A stretch of DNA of 64,000 bases, taken from positions 19,408,001 through 19,472,000 of the forward strand of contig CM059432.1 of the NCBI GenBank assembly GCA_030390025.1, read 5' to 3'. Under the pieces are notes generated by a model. That model was not told the origin of the DNA and searched no databases. It was given only the letters and a program-made list of their open reading frames with translations. Shown piece after piece: positions 1 to 13,009 of this stretch. The translations under genes were made by a program, and so were the position numbers. This DNA comes from Squalus acanthias (lineage: Eukaryota). Every line of letters begins with the position of its first letter. The stretch's first letter is position 1.

Positions 1-1510
1 GGGAAAAACCTCACAGTCACAGAGACAAGACAGGCTGCAGAGGGATGTGGCGAGGCAGTGGACAGCTTTTGGGTATTGGGGCCCGTCAAGCTGTCTGGGA
101 AATGTTTGCACTGCAATCCAACCAGGGTGGAAGAGCCTCACCCAAAACCTCACATACACATCCAAAAATGAATAATCCAAGACCACTTTTGAAATCCCCA
201 GGCCTCGACAGGATGCTAGAAGCCTGAAAACAATAAAACATCCAGTACACCCATTACCCCATCAAAAAACAATTAGCCAAGTATCTACAGGGACAGATTA
301 ACAAGCCCGCCAAAAACCTAAGACAAAAGGGGCGAGATTTGGCGCGTAGATAAAGGTCCTGCCTTCATGGGAGACATCGGAAGCCATCAGGACAAGTAAA
401 CATAAAATTAAACCCATCAAACTTAACGAGCCCGTCAAAACCTAAGACAAAAGAATGAACAGGCCTCAACTGAAACCTAAATCACTTCAACACGAAACCA
501 ATTTAATAAAGCGGTTTTGGCGCGGAAAATACAATGGGCCTGAACGGTATAATTGAGGGCCTATTCCCCCAGCAAGACACAGCAAGTTACTCACTGCTAC
601 AGGAGCAAGAGGAGGAGAGAAGCAGCAAGGCCACGAGGCAGACCCGGGGCGAGATCGGAAGCAGGGACAGACAAGGCAGGCAAGGGCTAGAGCTGAGGCC
701 ACTGGGAGCGAGTCGGCATTGCTCAGTACACGGTCCAGCCCCAGGAGGTACCGCCCCGACAGGCTTCCAATGCAACAAATAGACGACCAGTGCCACCAAG
801 GGCTCCACGAGGTAGACCGCCACTCAAAAGTACCGCGGGGACCAAGGCCCCGCGCAACGACCAATCACCAGGCAACCACGACCTAAACCAGCCAACCAGG
901 GGAAACCCGAAGAAACGCCAACCCTACAACTACTCCTGGCTTACCCCTGGGTAAGACTTGCATGCAAAGACTCTAAACCTACAGCTAGAAGCAAAGAAAT
1001 CGGGTACTTACCTGATAAATCCACAACCACACCTTACCGCATCTGCGGACTCCACCCGACTGAGGAGCCTTCACAGATTCCACAGACCGGTACCACGTGG
1101 GGACGGCAGGCCCCAAAAAACATAAAGAGAGTACCCCAAAAACGCAATCAACTTACCTGGCTGGATTTCGAACTGTCAAAACCCCTGTTTGGTGAGCATT
1201 ATCCCTGATCTCCTGAAATCAAAACTTAGCTAGACAGTGGGATTGGGAGGGTAAGGTTTTTTTTGTATATTGTCCTTTCTCCCTCGCCTGTACCTGTGTG
1301 TTCCCAACCTGTTTAAGTGTTAAGTGTGTTTTAAGTTTGTTACCTTTTCTTTTAATAAAAGTCAAAATTCTTTCATCCAAACCTGTTGTCTACTGCACCT
1401 TTGTTCACAACTCCCAAATAAGTCCAAGGTCTAGAACCAGGGACGTGGGAGCGATTCGAACCGCTCACTGAGTCAGAGGTGAAGCTGACCCTACCACACC
1501 ATCCCCTACA
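1..1510 (+). mobile_element. LTR-like element (probable solo LTR, 5' end outside the window); same family as 10673-11580 and 61810-63185
   Basis: Ends ...CCCCTACA at 1510. The 3' ~350 bp (TTTGGTGAGCATTATCCCTG, AATAAA 1354-1359, TAAGTCCAAGG, GAGCGATTCGAACCGCTC) is shared with two complete copies that have TGTA...TACA ends and 4-bp TSDs. No tRNA primer-binding site follows it. Confidence 0.8.
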
Positions 1511-2004
1511 GTGAATAACAAATTACTCTATTTTAATTTTGAATGTGTCAGTTGAACTCGCACTCACAGTGCTTACTGACTGATTATTCCATACCTTACA
1601 GTGCTAAGTGTGAGAAGCTTGCTCCTTGAAAAGGAAGGAACAGCTAGACGAAGTACATTTTGTTCAACCCCATGAAATCAGACTGGCCTAGAAATTGATC
1701 CACGCAGTGTCCAATTCTCGGGCACTACTCGGACTACTAAGGCCCCAGAATGGCGGGCAGGATGTATGCGCACATTTCCATCTGGAATTGCACTGCCCGC
1801 CATATTGGACAAGGACAAAAAATATGCGTCCTTTACTCACGCCTAAAACAGGCATTAGATGCATTGCATATGCAAATAAGGTGCCTAATACCTGTTTGAA
1901 GCCCTCCCTCCAATATTAGTTTGCCTTGAGACGCATGCAACATTCAGTGAAACCAGGCCTGGGGATCACCTGCTCGGCCTAACCAAGAAGGCAAATAACC
2001 TCAA

Positions 2005-3545
2005 CCGATGATTCCCACCACCGTGGTTGACAGGCCCTCAACCGTGTCCATCCCATTTTGTGCACTTCTGCTCTCACCCCTTCTCCTCTCTTCCAGACCC
2101 AAGATAGGGTTCCTCTTGTCCTCACCATCCACCCCATCAGCCGCCACATTCAACGGATCATCCTCCTCCATTTCCACCACCTCCAGCTTGATCCCACCAC
2201 CAAACACATCTTCCCCCACCCTCCCCTTTCAGCATTCTGAAGGGACCGTTTCCTCTGTGACACCCTGGTCCACTCCTCAATCACCCTGAACAAGCCCTCC
2301 CCTTTGCACTGCATCTTCCCATGCAGGTACAGGAGATGCAACACCTGCCCTTTACCTCCTCCCTTCCCACCGACCAGGGCCCCAAACACTCCTTCCACGT
2401 GAAACATCGATTTACTTGTACTTCTTTCAGTTTAGTATACTGTATTCACTGCTCTACATTGGGAAAACCAAACGCAGATTGGGTGATCACTTTGCGGAAC
2501 ACCTCCACTCAGTCTGCAAGCGTGACCCTGAGCTTCTGGTCGCCTGTCATTTTAATTCTCCCCCCACTCCCACTCTGACCTCTCTGTAATTGGCCTCCTA
2601 CACTCTTCCAATAAGCTCAACGTAAGCTTGAGGAACAGCACCTCATCTTTCGATTAGGTACTTTACAACCTTCCATACTCAATATTGAGTTCAAATATTT
2701 CAGATCATAACCATTGCCCCCATTTTTCGGACAGCAGCTCTTAGTAATGATTCTGCTGTTCCCATTTATACCTCCTCTAGACCCATCTTTTGTTTCTTTA
2801 CTTGTCCCATTACCATCTCCTTTTGCCTTGCAGCATCATCCCTTTTGTCATTAATCTCTCCTGCCTTCCATCCTATCACGGACCTTCCCTTTTGTTCTTT
2901 TCCACCTCCCCCTTTCCCTGCCTCTGTACTTGCTTAAAACCTTTTTTTTTATTCGTTCCTGGGATGTGGGCGTCGCTGGCAAGGCCAGCTTTTATTGCCC
3001 ATTCCTAATTGCCCTTGAGAAGGTGGTGGTGAGCCGCCTACTTGAACCACTGCAGTCCATGTGGTGAAGGTACTCCCACAGTGCTGTTAGGGAAGGAGTT
3101 CCAGGATTTTGACCCTGCGACGATGAAGGATCGGCAATATATTTCCAAGTCAGGATGGTGTGTGACTTGGAGGGAAATTTGGAGGTGCTGGTGTTCCCAT
3201 TGCGCCTGCTGCCCTTGTCCTTCTAGGTGGAAGAGGTCGCGGGTTTGGGAGGTGCTGCCAGAGAAGCCTTGGCGAGTTGCTGCAGTGCATCTTGTAGATG
3301 GTACACACTGCAGCCACGGTACGCCGGTGGTGGAGGGAGTGAATATTTAAGGTGGTGGATGGGGTGCCAATCAAGCGGGCTGCTTTGTCCTGGATGGTGT
3401 TGAGCTTCTTCAGTGTTGTTGTTACATCTCTAGCTTTTTCCAGTTCTGCTGAAAGGTCATCAACCTGAAACGTTAACTTTGTTTCTCTCTCCACAGATGC
3501 TGCCTGACCTGTTGAGTATTTCCAGCATTTTCTGTTTTTATTTAA
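2005..3545 (+). mobile_element. Penelope-like element, degenerate 3' part (RT thumb/GIY-YIG remnant plus 3' pseudo-LTR)
   Basis: Remnant coding motifs DRVPLVLTIHP, FTCTSFSLVYCI and YIG(K)TKRRLGD. The 3' segment 3421-3545 has a hammerhead-like core (AGTT-CTGCTGA-AAGGT..ACCT-GAAACGTT-AACT, core mutated). Interrupted by a LINE at 2943-3420. Confidence 0.75.
2943..3420 (-). mobile_element. 3' fragment of the second non-LTR LINE family (as at 26757-28708)
   Basis: Minus-strand peptide TLKKLNTIQDKAARLIGTPSTTLNIHSLHHRRTVAAVCTIYKMHCSNSPRLL matches the 3' end of 26757-28708. T-run at 2943 is the poly(A) tail. Confidence 0.85.
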
Positions 3546-4940
3546 GTTAACTAACTTATCTGAATGTAGAGCCAGGAGGAGGAAGAGTGCTCCTCCCACT
3601 CCCACATTAAAGGAACTGATCGCTGCCACTCCCCCCGCCCCACCATCACCACCAGTCCTTCCCCTCACTTTGCCACCACTCCTGGCCCCGACCCCCGATT
3701 TCCCGGCCTCAATCCCCAGCCTGACTTAACCTTGATCCCAATCCCCGGACCAAACCCCTGGCTCCGAACCCTGGCCTGACCCGATCCCAGATCCAACCCC
3801 CAGCAAGGCCCCGACCAAACCGGTACCCAAACCACTGGAGCTACTTACCTGCGGGCCGCTGCGATGCTAGCAATGATCCGATCTTGCACTACTCTTCGGC
3901 GGCAGGCTCTGATGCCGCACCTGGCTCCATTACAATGAGGCACGCAGCCCAAAATCTGGTGATCCTCGGGCCTCACCATTCAGGCTCCGTACCCCACGAC
4001 TGCCCCCCCACCCCCCACCTACTGCCAAAAATGGGCATGCCAAATTTCTGGGCCACTGCTGGCAAAGTAGGTATCGTACCCAGCTGGTAGCACTTTTCCA
4101 CGGTCATGTGACTCTGGATTAGCTCCCAGGTCAGTCTAAAGTGACAAGTCCGACTAAAATTCCCTGGAACGGAAATGGCTTTTCTCATTGGGGATGTCAC
4201 TGGAGCAGCCAGGTTTTTATCCAGCCAGAAAATTCAATGTATTTTTTGTCAAACAGTGATGTAAATGCTTCGTAATTATTATATCTTTCTTGGATAAACA
4301 TTGGGGAAACACTTTGCAGAAAAAAATCGCAAAGACTTTCCTTCCTGAAACATTGTTTTATCAGCCTGTAATCATGTTGCTGATTATGTCCTCCTGGTTT
4401 TGCATAACAGACTTCTCCGCACACACTTAATCATAGAATCATAGAATCATTGAATGGTTACAGCACGGAAGAAGGCCATTCGGCCCGTTGAGCCCGTGCC
4501 GACTCTCAGCTAGTCCCACTCCCCCACCCTTTCCCCGTAGCCCTGCAAATTTCTTTCCTTCAGATACTTATCCAACCCCCTATTGAAAGCCACGATTGAG
4601 TCTGCCTCCACCACCCTTTCGGGCAGTGCATTCCAGATCTTAACCACTCGCTGCGTAAAAAAGTTTTTCTTACGTTGTGAAGGAATACATTATAACCTTT
4701 ATAGAAAAATATACTACATAAGATTAATACACTATAGCCTTTTTAGAAAAATACACCATATAACTTTTTTAAAGGAAGGCATGGCAAGCTGGATTTGGAA
4801 ATCCTACCTTCTGAAAGAATTCTGGCCTCGTTGAGATAAGACAGTGGTTAACCCTAAAGAGCACCTTATAAGGAACTCTACCTTATAAATTCTTTGGAAC
4901 ATAACAAACATTGGTTTGGAAATTTAGAAACCTAACTAAC

Positions 4941-6424
4941 CCATGGACTGGAGGGTAGCTAATGTAACCCCACTATTTAAAAAAGGTGGTAGAGAGAAAA
5001 CGGGGAATTATAGACCGGTAAGTCTGACATCGGTAGTGGGGAAAATGCTAGAGTCCATTATAAAAGATGTAATGGCAGAGCACTTGGAAAACAGTGACAG
5101 GATCGGACAAAGTCAACATGGATTTACAAAAGGTAAATCATGCTTGACTAATCTACTGGAATTTTTTGAGGATGTAACTGGTAGAATAGATGAGGGAGAA
5201 CCAGTGGATGTGGTGTATTTGGACTTTCAGAAGGCTTTCGATAAGGTCCCGCATAAGAGATTAGCGTGCAAAGCTAAAGCACATGGGATTGGGGGTAAGG
5301 TATTGTCTTGGATAGAGAACTGGTTGACAGACAGGAAGCAAAGAGTTGGAATAAACGGGTCTTTTTCCGAGTGCCAGGCAGTGACTAGTGGGGTACCGCA
5401 GGGCTCGGTGCTAGGACCCCAGCTATTCACAATATATATAAATGATCTAGACGAGGGAACTAGATGTAATATCTCCAAGTTTGCAGATGACACAAAGCTG
5501 GGTGGGCATGTGTGCAGTGAGGAGGATGCAGAGAAACTCCAGTATGATTTGGACAGGTTGGGTGATTGGGCAGATGCATGGCAAATGCAGTATAATGTGG
5601 ATAAATGTGAGGTTATCCACTTCGGTGGCAAAAATAGGAAGACAGATTATTATCTGAACGGCAATAGATTGGGAAAAGGGGAAGTGCAACGAGACCTGGG
5701 TGTCCTTGTGCACCAGTCGCTGAAGGTAAACATGCAGGTGCAGCAGGCGGTTAAGAAGGCAAATGGTATGTTGGCCTTCATAGTGAGAGGGTTCGAGTAC
5801 AGGAGCAAAGATGTCTTGCTGCAGTTGTACAGGGCCTTGGTGAGACCACACCTTGAGTATTGTGTGCAGTTTTGGTCACCTTATCTGAGGAAAGATGTTC
5901 TTGCCATGGAGAGAGTGCAGCGAAGATTCACTAGACTGATTCCTGGGATGGTAGGAATGACGTATGAGGAGAGATTGGGTCGATTAGGCTTATATTCGCT
6001 AGAGTTTAGAAGAATGAGAGGAGTTCTCATTGAAACTTATAAAATTCTAACAGGACTAGACAGACTAGATGCAGGGAGGATGTTCCTGATGGCGGGGGAG
6101 TCCAGAACCAGGGGTCACAGTTTAAGGATAAGGGGTAAGCCATTTAGGACTGAGATGAGGAGGAATTTCTTCACCCAGAGAGTAGTGAACCTGTGGAATT
6201 CTCTACCACACAAGGCAGTTGAGGCCAATTCATTAAATATATTCAAGAAGGAGTTAGATATATTTCTTAAGGCTAAAGGGATCAAGGGATCAAGGGATAT
6301 GGGGAGAAAGCAGGGACAGGGTACTGAATTTGGATGATCAGCCATGATCTCATTAAATGGCGGAACAGGCTCGAGGGGCTGAATGGCCTGCTCCTGCTCC
6401 TATCTTCTATGTTTCTATGTTTCT
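4941..6424 (+). mobile_element. Young CR1 (HER1-like) LINE, 5'-truncated
   Basis: Uninterrupted RT reading frame, CR1 3' UTR (GGCTCGAGGGGCTGAATGGCC) and (TTTCTATG)n tail. Confidence 0.92.
4943..6337 (+). pseudogene. CR1 ORF2 reverse transcriptase C-terminal 464 aa (no endonuclease domain)
   Basis: RT motifs NYRPVSLT, QHGF, YLDFQKAFDKVPH, GVPQGSVLGP, KFADD and DLGV. An 8-nt CAAGGGAT duplication near 6280 shifts the last codons relative to the sister copy at 40673-41316. Confidence 0.88.
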
Positions 6425-9400
6425 AAATAGCTATGAAAGAATACTGGCTATTGAAATAGGACAAGTTGTTGACCCTGAATAAATAACCTTATTGAAACAG
6501 AAGAATGGGTGGCCCTGAATGGGTAACCTTATTAAAACAAGACAATGGTCAGCCCTGGATGAATGATCTTGATTAAAACCTCTTGAGAATGACATGATGT
6601 AAGGTACATCTGCCCTTTGCCCACATATGGTAAACTCCCAATAGCTATTGATGATGTGGCAGTAAGAATTTCAGTAGGTCAGCTAAAGATGATTAGTGTT
6701 AATTAACTTGGATTAACAGAAACCTTATGAAAATAACTGAAAAAGAGGTATAAATATTGGAGTCTCGAATGAGAAAATCATACTCGTTTTAATCGAGCAA
6801 AGCGATTCTCGACTACAGGGCCGGCTCTGTAGTCCTTCACTCTTTTGTACCTCAGGGATCGAAGGTAATTTGATATTGATGGATATCCTGAATAGATACA
6901 TTTAAGAACTGTAATACTCTAGCGAAGTTAAGATTTAAAAGCACGATTCTCTGTTAAGAATAAGATTGTATTTTTTCTCTTTTAAAACTGTTAATGTTGC
7001 GATTGACTGATTCACCAACTCCAAATTGCATGTCTTTTTTTTAATAAATCTATATATATTTTTAGAATTGTCTCATATAAGTCTTCTGTATCAATAACTC
7101 GTGAACCCAATCTTTGTACACTCTTTGGTGAAGAGTTACAATTTCTGAAGGAAATCTCCGGACCCTCATAATATCCGAGACTTTACTGTCTGGCTAAACT
7201 TATTAAAAGTGCTATCTGGAGGACACTAACATTCTCGGGTTGTTCCTTTCCTTTAGGGAGAGATAACCCGGACCTTTAGACCTAGTTAAGCGTCTTTAGG
7301 ATTCGGCTACCTCGACCTTTAGTTGAAGGTGAACATCTGAGAAATACGCCTGATGTGGGATAGCCCCAAAGGGGCTAGGACAAGTAAAAATCCTTTCAAC
7401 GTCGCCTTTGGTTCTTTTGCCAATCACCTTAAATTTGTGTCCTCTTGTTCTTGACCCTTCCGCCAATGGGAACAGTTTCTCTCTATCTACTCTGTCCAGA
7501 CCCCTCATGATTTTGAACACCTCTATCAAATCTCCTCTCAATCTTCTCTGCTCCAAGGAGAACAACCCCAGCTTCTCCAGTCTATCAATGTAACTGAAGT
7601 CCATAATTCCTGGAATCATTCTCGTAAATCTTTTCTGCACCTTTTCTAAGGCCTTCACATCCTTCCTAAAGTGCGGTGCCCAGAATTGGACACAGTACTC
7701 TAGTTGGGGCCGAACCAGTGTTTTATACAGTTTCATCATAATTTCCACACTTTTGTACTCTATACCTCTATTTATGAAGCCCAGGATCCTGTAAGCCTTT
7801 TAACTGCTTTCTCAACCTGCCCTGCCACCTTCAACGATTTGTGTACATATGCCCCCCTGGTCTCTCTCTGTTCATGCACCCCCTTTAGGATTGTACCATT
7901 TAGTTTATATTTCCTCTCCTCATTCTTTCTACCAAAATGTATCACTTCACACTTTTCTGTGTTAAATTTCATCTGCCACGTGACTGCCCATTTCACCAAC
8001 CTGTTTATGTCTTCCTGAAGTCTATCACATTCCTCATCACTGTTCACTATATTTCCAAGTTTTGTGTCATCTGCAAATTTTGAAATTGTGCCCTGTATAC
8101 CCACATCCAAGTCATTAATATATATCAAGAAAAGCAGTGGTCCTAGAAGCGACCCCTGGGGAACACCACTGTATACCTTCCTCCAGTCCAAAAAAAAACG
8201 TTCACCACTACTCTCTGTTTCCTATCACTTAGCCAATTTTGTATCCATGCTGTCACTGTTCCTTTTATTCCATAGACTTCAACTTTGCTGGCGAGCCTAT
8301 TATGTGGCACTTTGTCGAACGCATTTTGGAAATCCATGTACACTATGTCAACTGCATTACCCTCATCAACCCTTTCTGTTACCTCATCAAAAAACTCGAT
8401 CAAGTTGGTTAAACACGATTTGCCTTTAACAAATCCATGCTGGCTTTCCTTAATTAATCCACCCTTATCCAAGTGACTGTTAATTTTGTCCCTGATTACT
8501 GTTTCTAAAAGCTTCCCCACTACCGAGGTTAAACTAACTGGCCTGTAGTTGCTGGGTTTATCTTTATACCCTTTTTTGAACAATGGTGTAACATTTGCAA
8601 TTCTCCAGTCCTCTGGCACCACCCCCGTATCTATGAAGGATTGGAATATTATGGCCAGTACCTCCGCGATTTCCGCCCTCAATTCCCTCAGCATCCTAGG
8701 ATATATCCCATCCGCTCCTGGTGATCTATCTACTTTAAGTACAGCCAGCCTTTCTCATACCTCTTCTTTATCAATTTTTGTCCTATTAAGTGTCTCCACT
8801 ACCTCCTCCTTCACTATGTCTATGGCAGCATCCTCTTCCTTGGTGAAGACAGATGCAAAGTACTCATTTAGAACCTCAACCATACCCTCTGCCTCCATGC
8901 ATAGGTCTCCTTTTTGTTCCCTAATCTTCCCCACCCCTCCTCTTACTACCAATTTACTTCGGGATTTAATATTTAAAAACCTCAGGGTAAATTGACAAGT
9001 GTGTGCCCCAAGCAGGGACCTGTGTCCAATGAGAGCACAGGTTGAGAATCAATGCATGCTACAGTGTTGTAGCCTTATCTCCGACTTACACTCTTTTCGA
9101 GTACAGCTCCCCACTGGGAGCACAGGATCAGTGAAGCGAGCCTTTTGTCTCAGCTCAGTCGTCTTCTTTGTTGATGGAAGCAGCTATGTCACTCCTCATA
9201 ACTAAATAACCTAAGGCCCCAAACCTTTCTTATTAACATTTATTCATCTATTTTATCTCAACATTTAAACATGGGGGTGGTGGGGGGCTATTAACTGCAC
9301 TGCATGATAATAAAACTCAGATTAAAAAGTGAACAAATTGGCAGAATGTTATCATCTATTGTTGGACAGATATTGAAGGGAAATCATTGACACTGTCTCA

Positions 9401-9469
9401 GAGGAGCGAGTGTGCCTGAGCAACACTTTGACAATCTGAAGCAAGGGAACAACTGGTGATGTGAGAAGC

Positions 9470-9572
9470 AGGTGGAGCACAAGAACAGGAGAGTGCTGAT
9501 GGTGGAAGATTCTATAGTCAGGGAAATAGACAACCTTTTTTTTGCAGCTGTGACCGGGAGTCCAGAATAGTA
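9470..9572 (+). pseudogene. CR1 ORF1 SGNH-esterase remnant
   Basis: Translates to RVLMVEDSIVREIDN..(frameshift)..CSCDRESRIV, resembling the GDSIVRG..R.FC..DR.SR.V motif of CR1 ORF1. Confidence 0.6.
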
Positions 9573-9574
9573 TA

Positions 9575-9680
9575 AAAGCAAAATACTCGAAACCTGAAAT
9601 AAAAACAGAAAATGCTGGAAATACTCAGCAGGTCAGGCAGCATCTGTGGAGAGAGAAACAGAGTTAATGTTTCGAGTCGA
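9575..9680 (-). mobile_element. Penelope pseudo-LTR fragment
   Basis: Reverse complement of 3455-3545 and similar to 44581-44714. Confidence 0.7.
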
Positions 9681-9941
9681 TTGTGGAGTCTGCATATTAC
9701 TTATATCCTATCATTAAACTCATCATAGATGCAGCAAGCTTAGCAACTTGAACCTACATTCTCCAGACTGTTACCTGATCATCTGCAACTTCTCTCTGAG
9801 ATTCTAACTCTTCTCCCTTTTCTTTTTAGTCTCGAACTTTCTCAACACCAAGAGGCTCCTGCACTGGAACAGACATCGGAGGAGGACAATCCCACTGATG
9901 AAGTAGCGTCAGGGGCTCTACACCTCCCAAGCTCCATCTCA

Positions 9942-12250
9942 TAGCAACATAGGAAAGTAGGAACAGGAGTAGGCCATTTAGACCCTCGAGCCTGTTCCGC
10001 CATTCAATGAGATCATGGCTGATCTGCGACCTAACTCCAAATGCCCGCCTTTGGCCCATATCCCTTAATACCTTTGGTTAACAAAAATCTATCAATCTCA
10101 GATTTAAAATTAACAATTGATCTAGCATCAATTGCCATTTGCGTAAGAGAGTTCCAAACTTCTACCACCCTTTGTGTGTAGAAGTGTTTCCTAATTTCAC
10201 TCCTGAAAGGTCTGGCTCTAATTTTTAGATGATGCCCCCTAGTCCTAGAATCCCCAACCAGCGGAAATAGTTTCTCTCTATCTAATCTATCTGTTCCCCT
10301 TAATATCTTGAAAACTTCGATCAAATCACCCCAGCCCTTAACCTTCTAAATTCTAGGGAATACAACCCTAATTTGTGTAATCTCTCCTCATAATTTAATT
10401 CTTAGAGTCTGGGTATCATTCTGGTAAATCTACGCTGCACTCCCTCCAAGGCCAATATATCCTTCCTAAGGTGTGGTACCCAGAACTGCTCACAGTACTC
10501 CAGGTTTGATCTAACCAGGGTTTTGTATAGCTGCAGCATAACTTCTACCCCTTGTAGTCTAGTCCTCTAGATATAAAAGTCAGCATTCCATTAGCATTTT
10601 TGATTATTTTCTGTACCTGTTCATGATATTTTAATAATCTTTGTGCCCGGATCCCCAAGTCTCTTTGGCCCTTGTAAAATTTCCAAAATTTGCAGTTCCC
10701 CAAAAATATATCGAAAGGAAAAAAATAAGGACTTTGGAACTTTAAAGGAAACATGTCTGGACATGTACGGCACGTGGATTGTCTGGGAATCCAAAGCCCA
10801 GCAAACATTAACATTTGGACAATAGGCCCTGGGAAAAGGCCGCCCCACCCAAAACACAGAGCCCATAGGAATGCTAGGCCCAGCAAGGAACCCAAAGCAT
10901 GAGAACAATGCAAGCTTCCATGGAACAACAGCGCAACAGGATGTAAGCCATTTGATTTGGTTTAGCATAGTTGAAAGCCCATCAAAATTTAACAAGACAA
11001 TGAACAGGCCTCACCTGAAAACTCACTGCATTACGAAACCAGTTTTCGTGAGGAGTTTTTTTGCGGGGGGGCGATAAAGGACTATATCTGCAGCAGGACC
11101 CAAGAGCTCTTTCTCTTTTGACTCGCCGACCACGCCGGAACCCTCCCTCTCAGCTCTGCCCAGAAGCCACATGGTAAAGGAAGACATTCGATGACCAGAA
11201 TCACCATCGACTTACCTGGCTGGATTTCGTACTGTTAATACCCCTGTTTGGTGAGCATTATCCCTGATCTCCTGAAACCAAAACCTAGCTAGAAGTGGGA
11301 TTTTTGGGAGGGATAAAGGTTTTTTTCTTGTATACTGTCATTTTTCCCTCGCCTGTAACCGTGTGTTCCCCAAACCTGTTTAAGTGTGAAGTGTGTTTAA
11401 GTTTGTTACCCTTTAATTTTAATAAAAGTTATAGTTCTTTTCATTGGAACCTGTTGTCTACTGCATCTTTATTCACAACCCCTAAATAAGTCCAAGTTTT
11501 GAACCTGGGGTGTGGGAGCGATTCGAACCGCTCACTGAGTCAGGGGAAAGGCTGACCCCTACCACAACCACCCCCCTACACCCTCCACTGCTTTTAGCTT
11601 TTTACCATTTAGAAAATACCCTGTTCTATCCTTTTTAGATCTAAAGTGGATGACCTCACATTTGCCTACATTGAAATCCATTTGCCAGAGTTTTGCCCAT
11701 TCACTTAGTCTATCGATATCCCTTTGTAATTTTATGCTTTCATCTACACTGCCTACAATGCCGCCTATCTTTGTGTCAGCGGCAAATTTGGATATATGGC
11801 TTTCTATCCCATCATCTAGGTCGTTAATAAATACTGTGAATAGTTGAAGCCCCAACACAGATCCCTGCGGGACACCACTAGTCACATCCTGCCAATTAGA
11901 GCATCTGCCCATTATCCCTACTCTTTCTCTCCTGCCGCTCAGCCAATTTCCTAACCTCAACTTTCAGTTAACAATCTCTTATGTGGGACTTTATCAAATG
12001 CCTTCTGGAAGTCCATATAAATAACATCCATAGACATTCCCCTGTCCACTACTTTAGTCACCTCCTCAAAACATTCAATCAAGTTTGTCAGACATGACCT
12101 ACTTTTCACAAATCCATGCTGGCTCTCTCTGATCAGCTGAAAATGTTCAAGGTGTTCAGTCATCCTATTCTTAATTATAGACTCTAGCAATTTCCCGACA
12201 ACAGATGTTAGGCTAACTGGTCTATAATTCCTTGGTTTCCCTCTCTCACC
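9942..12250 (-). mobile_element. CR1 LINE, truncated and internally deleted; interrupted by a solo LTR
   Basis: ORF2 pieces QHGFVKSRSCLTNL, PQGSVLG, KFAAD and IEVFKILRG, plus a CR1 3' tail. Flanked by a CCATCTCA duplication. Confidence 0.88.
10673..11580 (+). mobile_element. Solo LTR (908 bp)
   Basis: TGTA...TACA ends with perfect 4-bp TSD CCCT (10669-10672, 11581-11584). Removing it restores the CR1 sequence. AATAAA at 11421. Confidence 0.88.
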
Positions 12251-13009
12251 ATCTCAGACATTGTGACGCCACATGGGCTAGATGGCGAGCTAGAGGCTAG
12301 GACAGCAATTGATGGCAGAGACAGCACAGGAGAGATCTCGCTGGAGGGCAAGGCCCTCTCCCAGCTCTGTTGAGGATGACAGAGATGAGGACTTCCAGGG
12401 CTCAGGTATCTGAGGTATTGGAAGGTGTGCCAAGGAATTTCACCACTATGGCTGAGAGTGTGGAGGAGTCTGCAGTCAGCCTCTGTGGTGCCTGTGCAGT
12501 TGTTGTAAATTAGCCTTGTTCAGTTACTTTAAGAAAATCTACCTCTGACTAAAATTACTTGCTTTGCGTTTTCAAAAGTTCAAAATCTTAGGGGAAGCTA
12601 TCTGTATCCTGAATAAATAGAAGGCCTCCCCTTACACTAGCAACTGTACCATGAGGCTGGAAGAAAGATGGGAAGGACAACTCACAAGAGTTATAAAACA
12701 GCATTGGCATGGGGGAGACTACAGAGCTTTAAATATATATTGCTAGTGCATTGGCAAAAGAAAAATCTTATCCCAGTACTGGGAACTGTAAAGTTTATGA
12801 TGCATTGGATTAATTGAACTGCTGTACAGTTTAACAGCTTGATTAAGAGCTGACTGGCTTGACTGTGACCATACCGTATAAGATTAGGTAATATGAGCAA
12901 TGAGAGAACATTAAAAATTGAAATCACATCAGCCCATACTTTAATATGTCTGTCTCTATCTATCTGAATTGACTTCACAAACATTTTATCATTTATACTG
13001 GATAGCTCA

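Larger units (their letters stand above)
1685..4054. mobile_element. Harbinger-type MITE split by nested Penelope and LINE insertions
   Basis: Ends GGCCTAGAAATT / AATTTCTGGGCC with 3-bp TSD ACT on both sides (1682-1684, 4055-4057). The left ~200 bp aligns with the reverse complement of the element at 51966-52703. Confidence 0.75.
4676..7398 (+). mobile_element. Solo LTR (~1.2 kb net) carrying a CR1 insertion
   Basis: TG at 4676 and CA at 7398, with perfect 4-bp TSD ACGT (4672-4675, 7399-7402). TATA-like TATAAAT at ~6749 and AATAAA at ~7043. No internal retroviral ORFs. Confidence 0.8.
4430..8958 (-). mobile_element. CR1 LINE, 5'-truncated and frameshifted; interrupted by the LTR at 4676-7398
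   Basis: ORF2 pieces NYRPVSLTSVVGKLLE, YMDFQNAFDKVPH, PQGSLLGP, KFADD and YCVQFWAPH. (ATCATAGA)n tail at 4430. The sequence reads continuously once 4676-7402 is removed. Confidence 0.9.
9830..12490 (+). pseudogene. Decayed Harbinger Myb-gene last exon, split by a CR1 insertion
   Basis: Strong acceptor TTCTCCCTTTTCTTTTTAG at 9829. An acidic frame (ELSQHQEAPALEQTSEEDNPTDEV..SSIS|DIVTPHGLDGE) continues across the CCATCTCA duplication (9934-9941, 12249-12256). Further on, LEGVPRNFTTMAESVEESA resembles VGRVPECIESLARSVEHFA of the intact Myb protein. Confidence 0.45.

Noticed and set aside
1151..1161. U1 snRNA 5' end (ACTTACCTGGC), also at 11210
   Set aside because: Similarity stops after 11 nt and there is no U1 body or Sm site. 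It is better read as an antisense splice donor.
1..11580. LTRs at 1-1510 and 10673-11580 as the two ends of one provirus
   Set aside because: The second has its own TSD inside a CR1, the copies differ in length and sequence, and no gag/pol or PBS lies between them.
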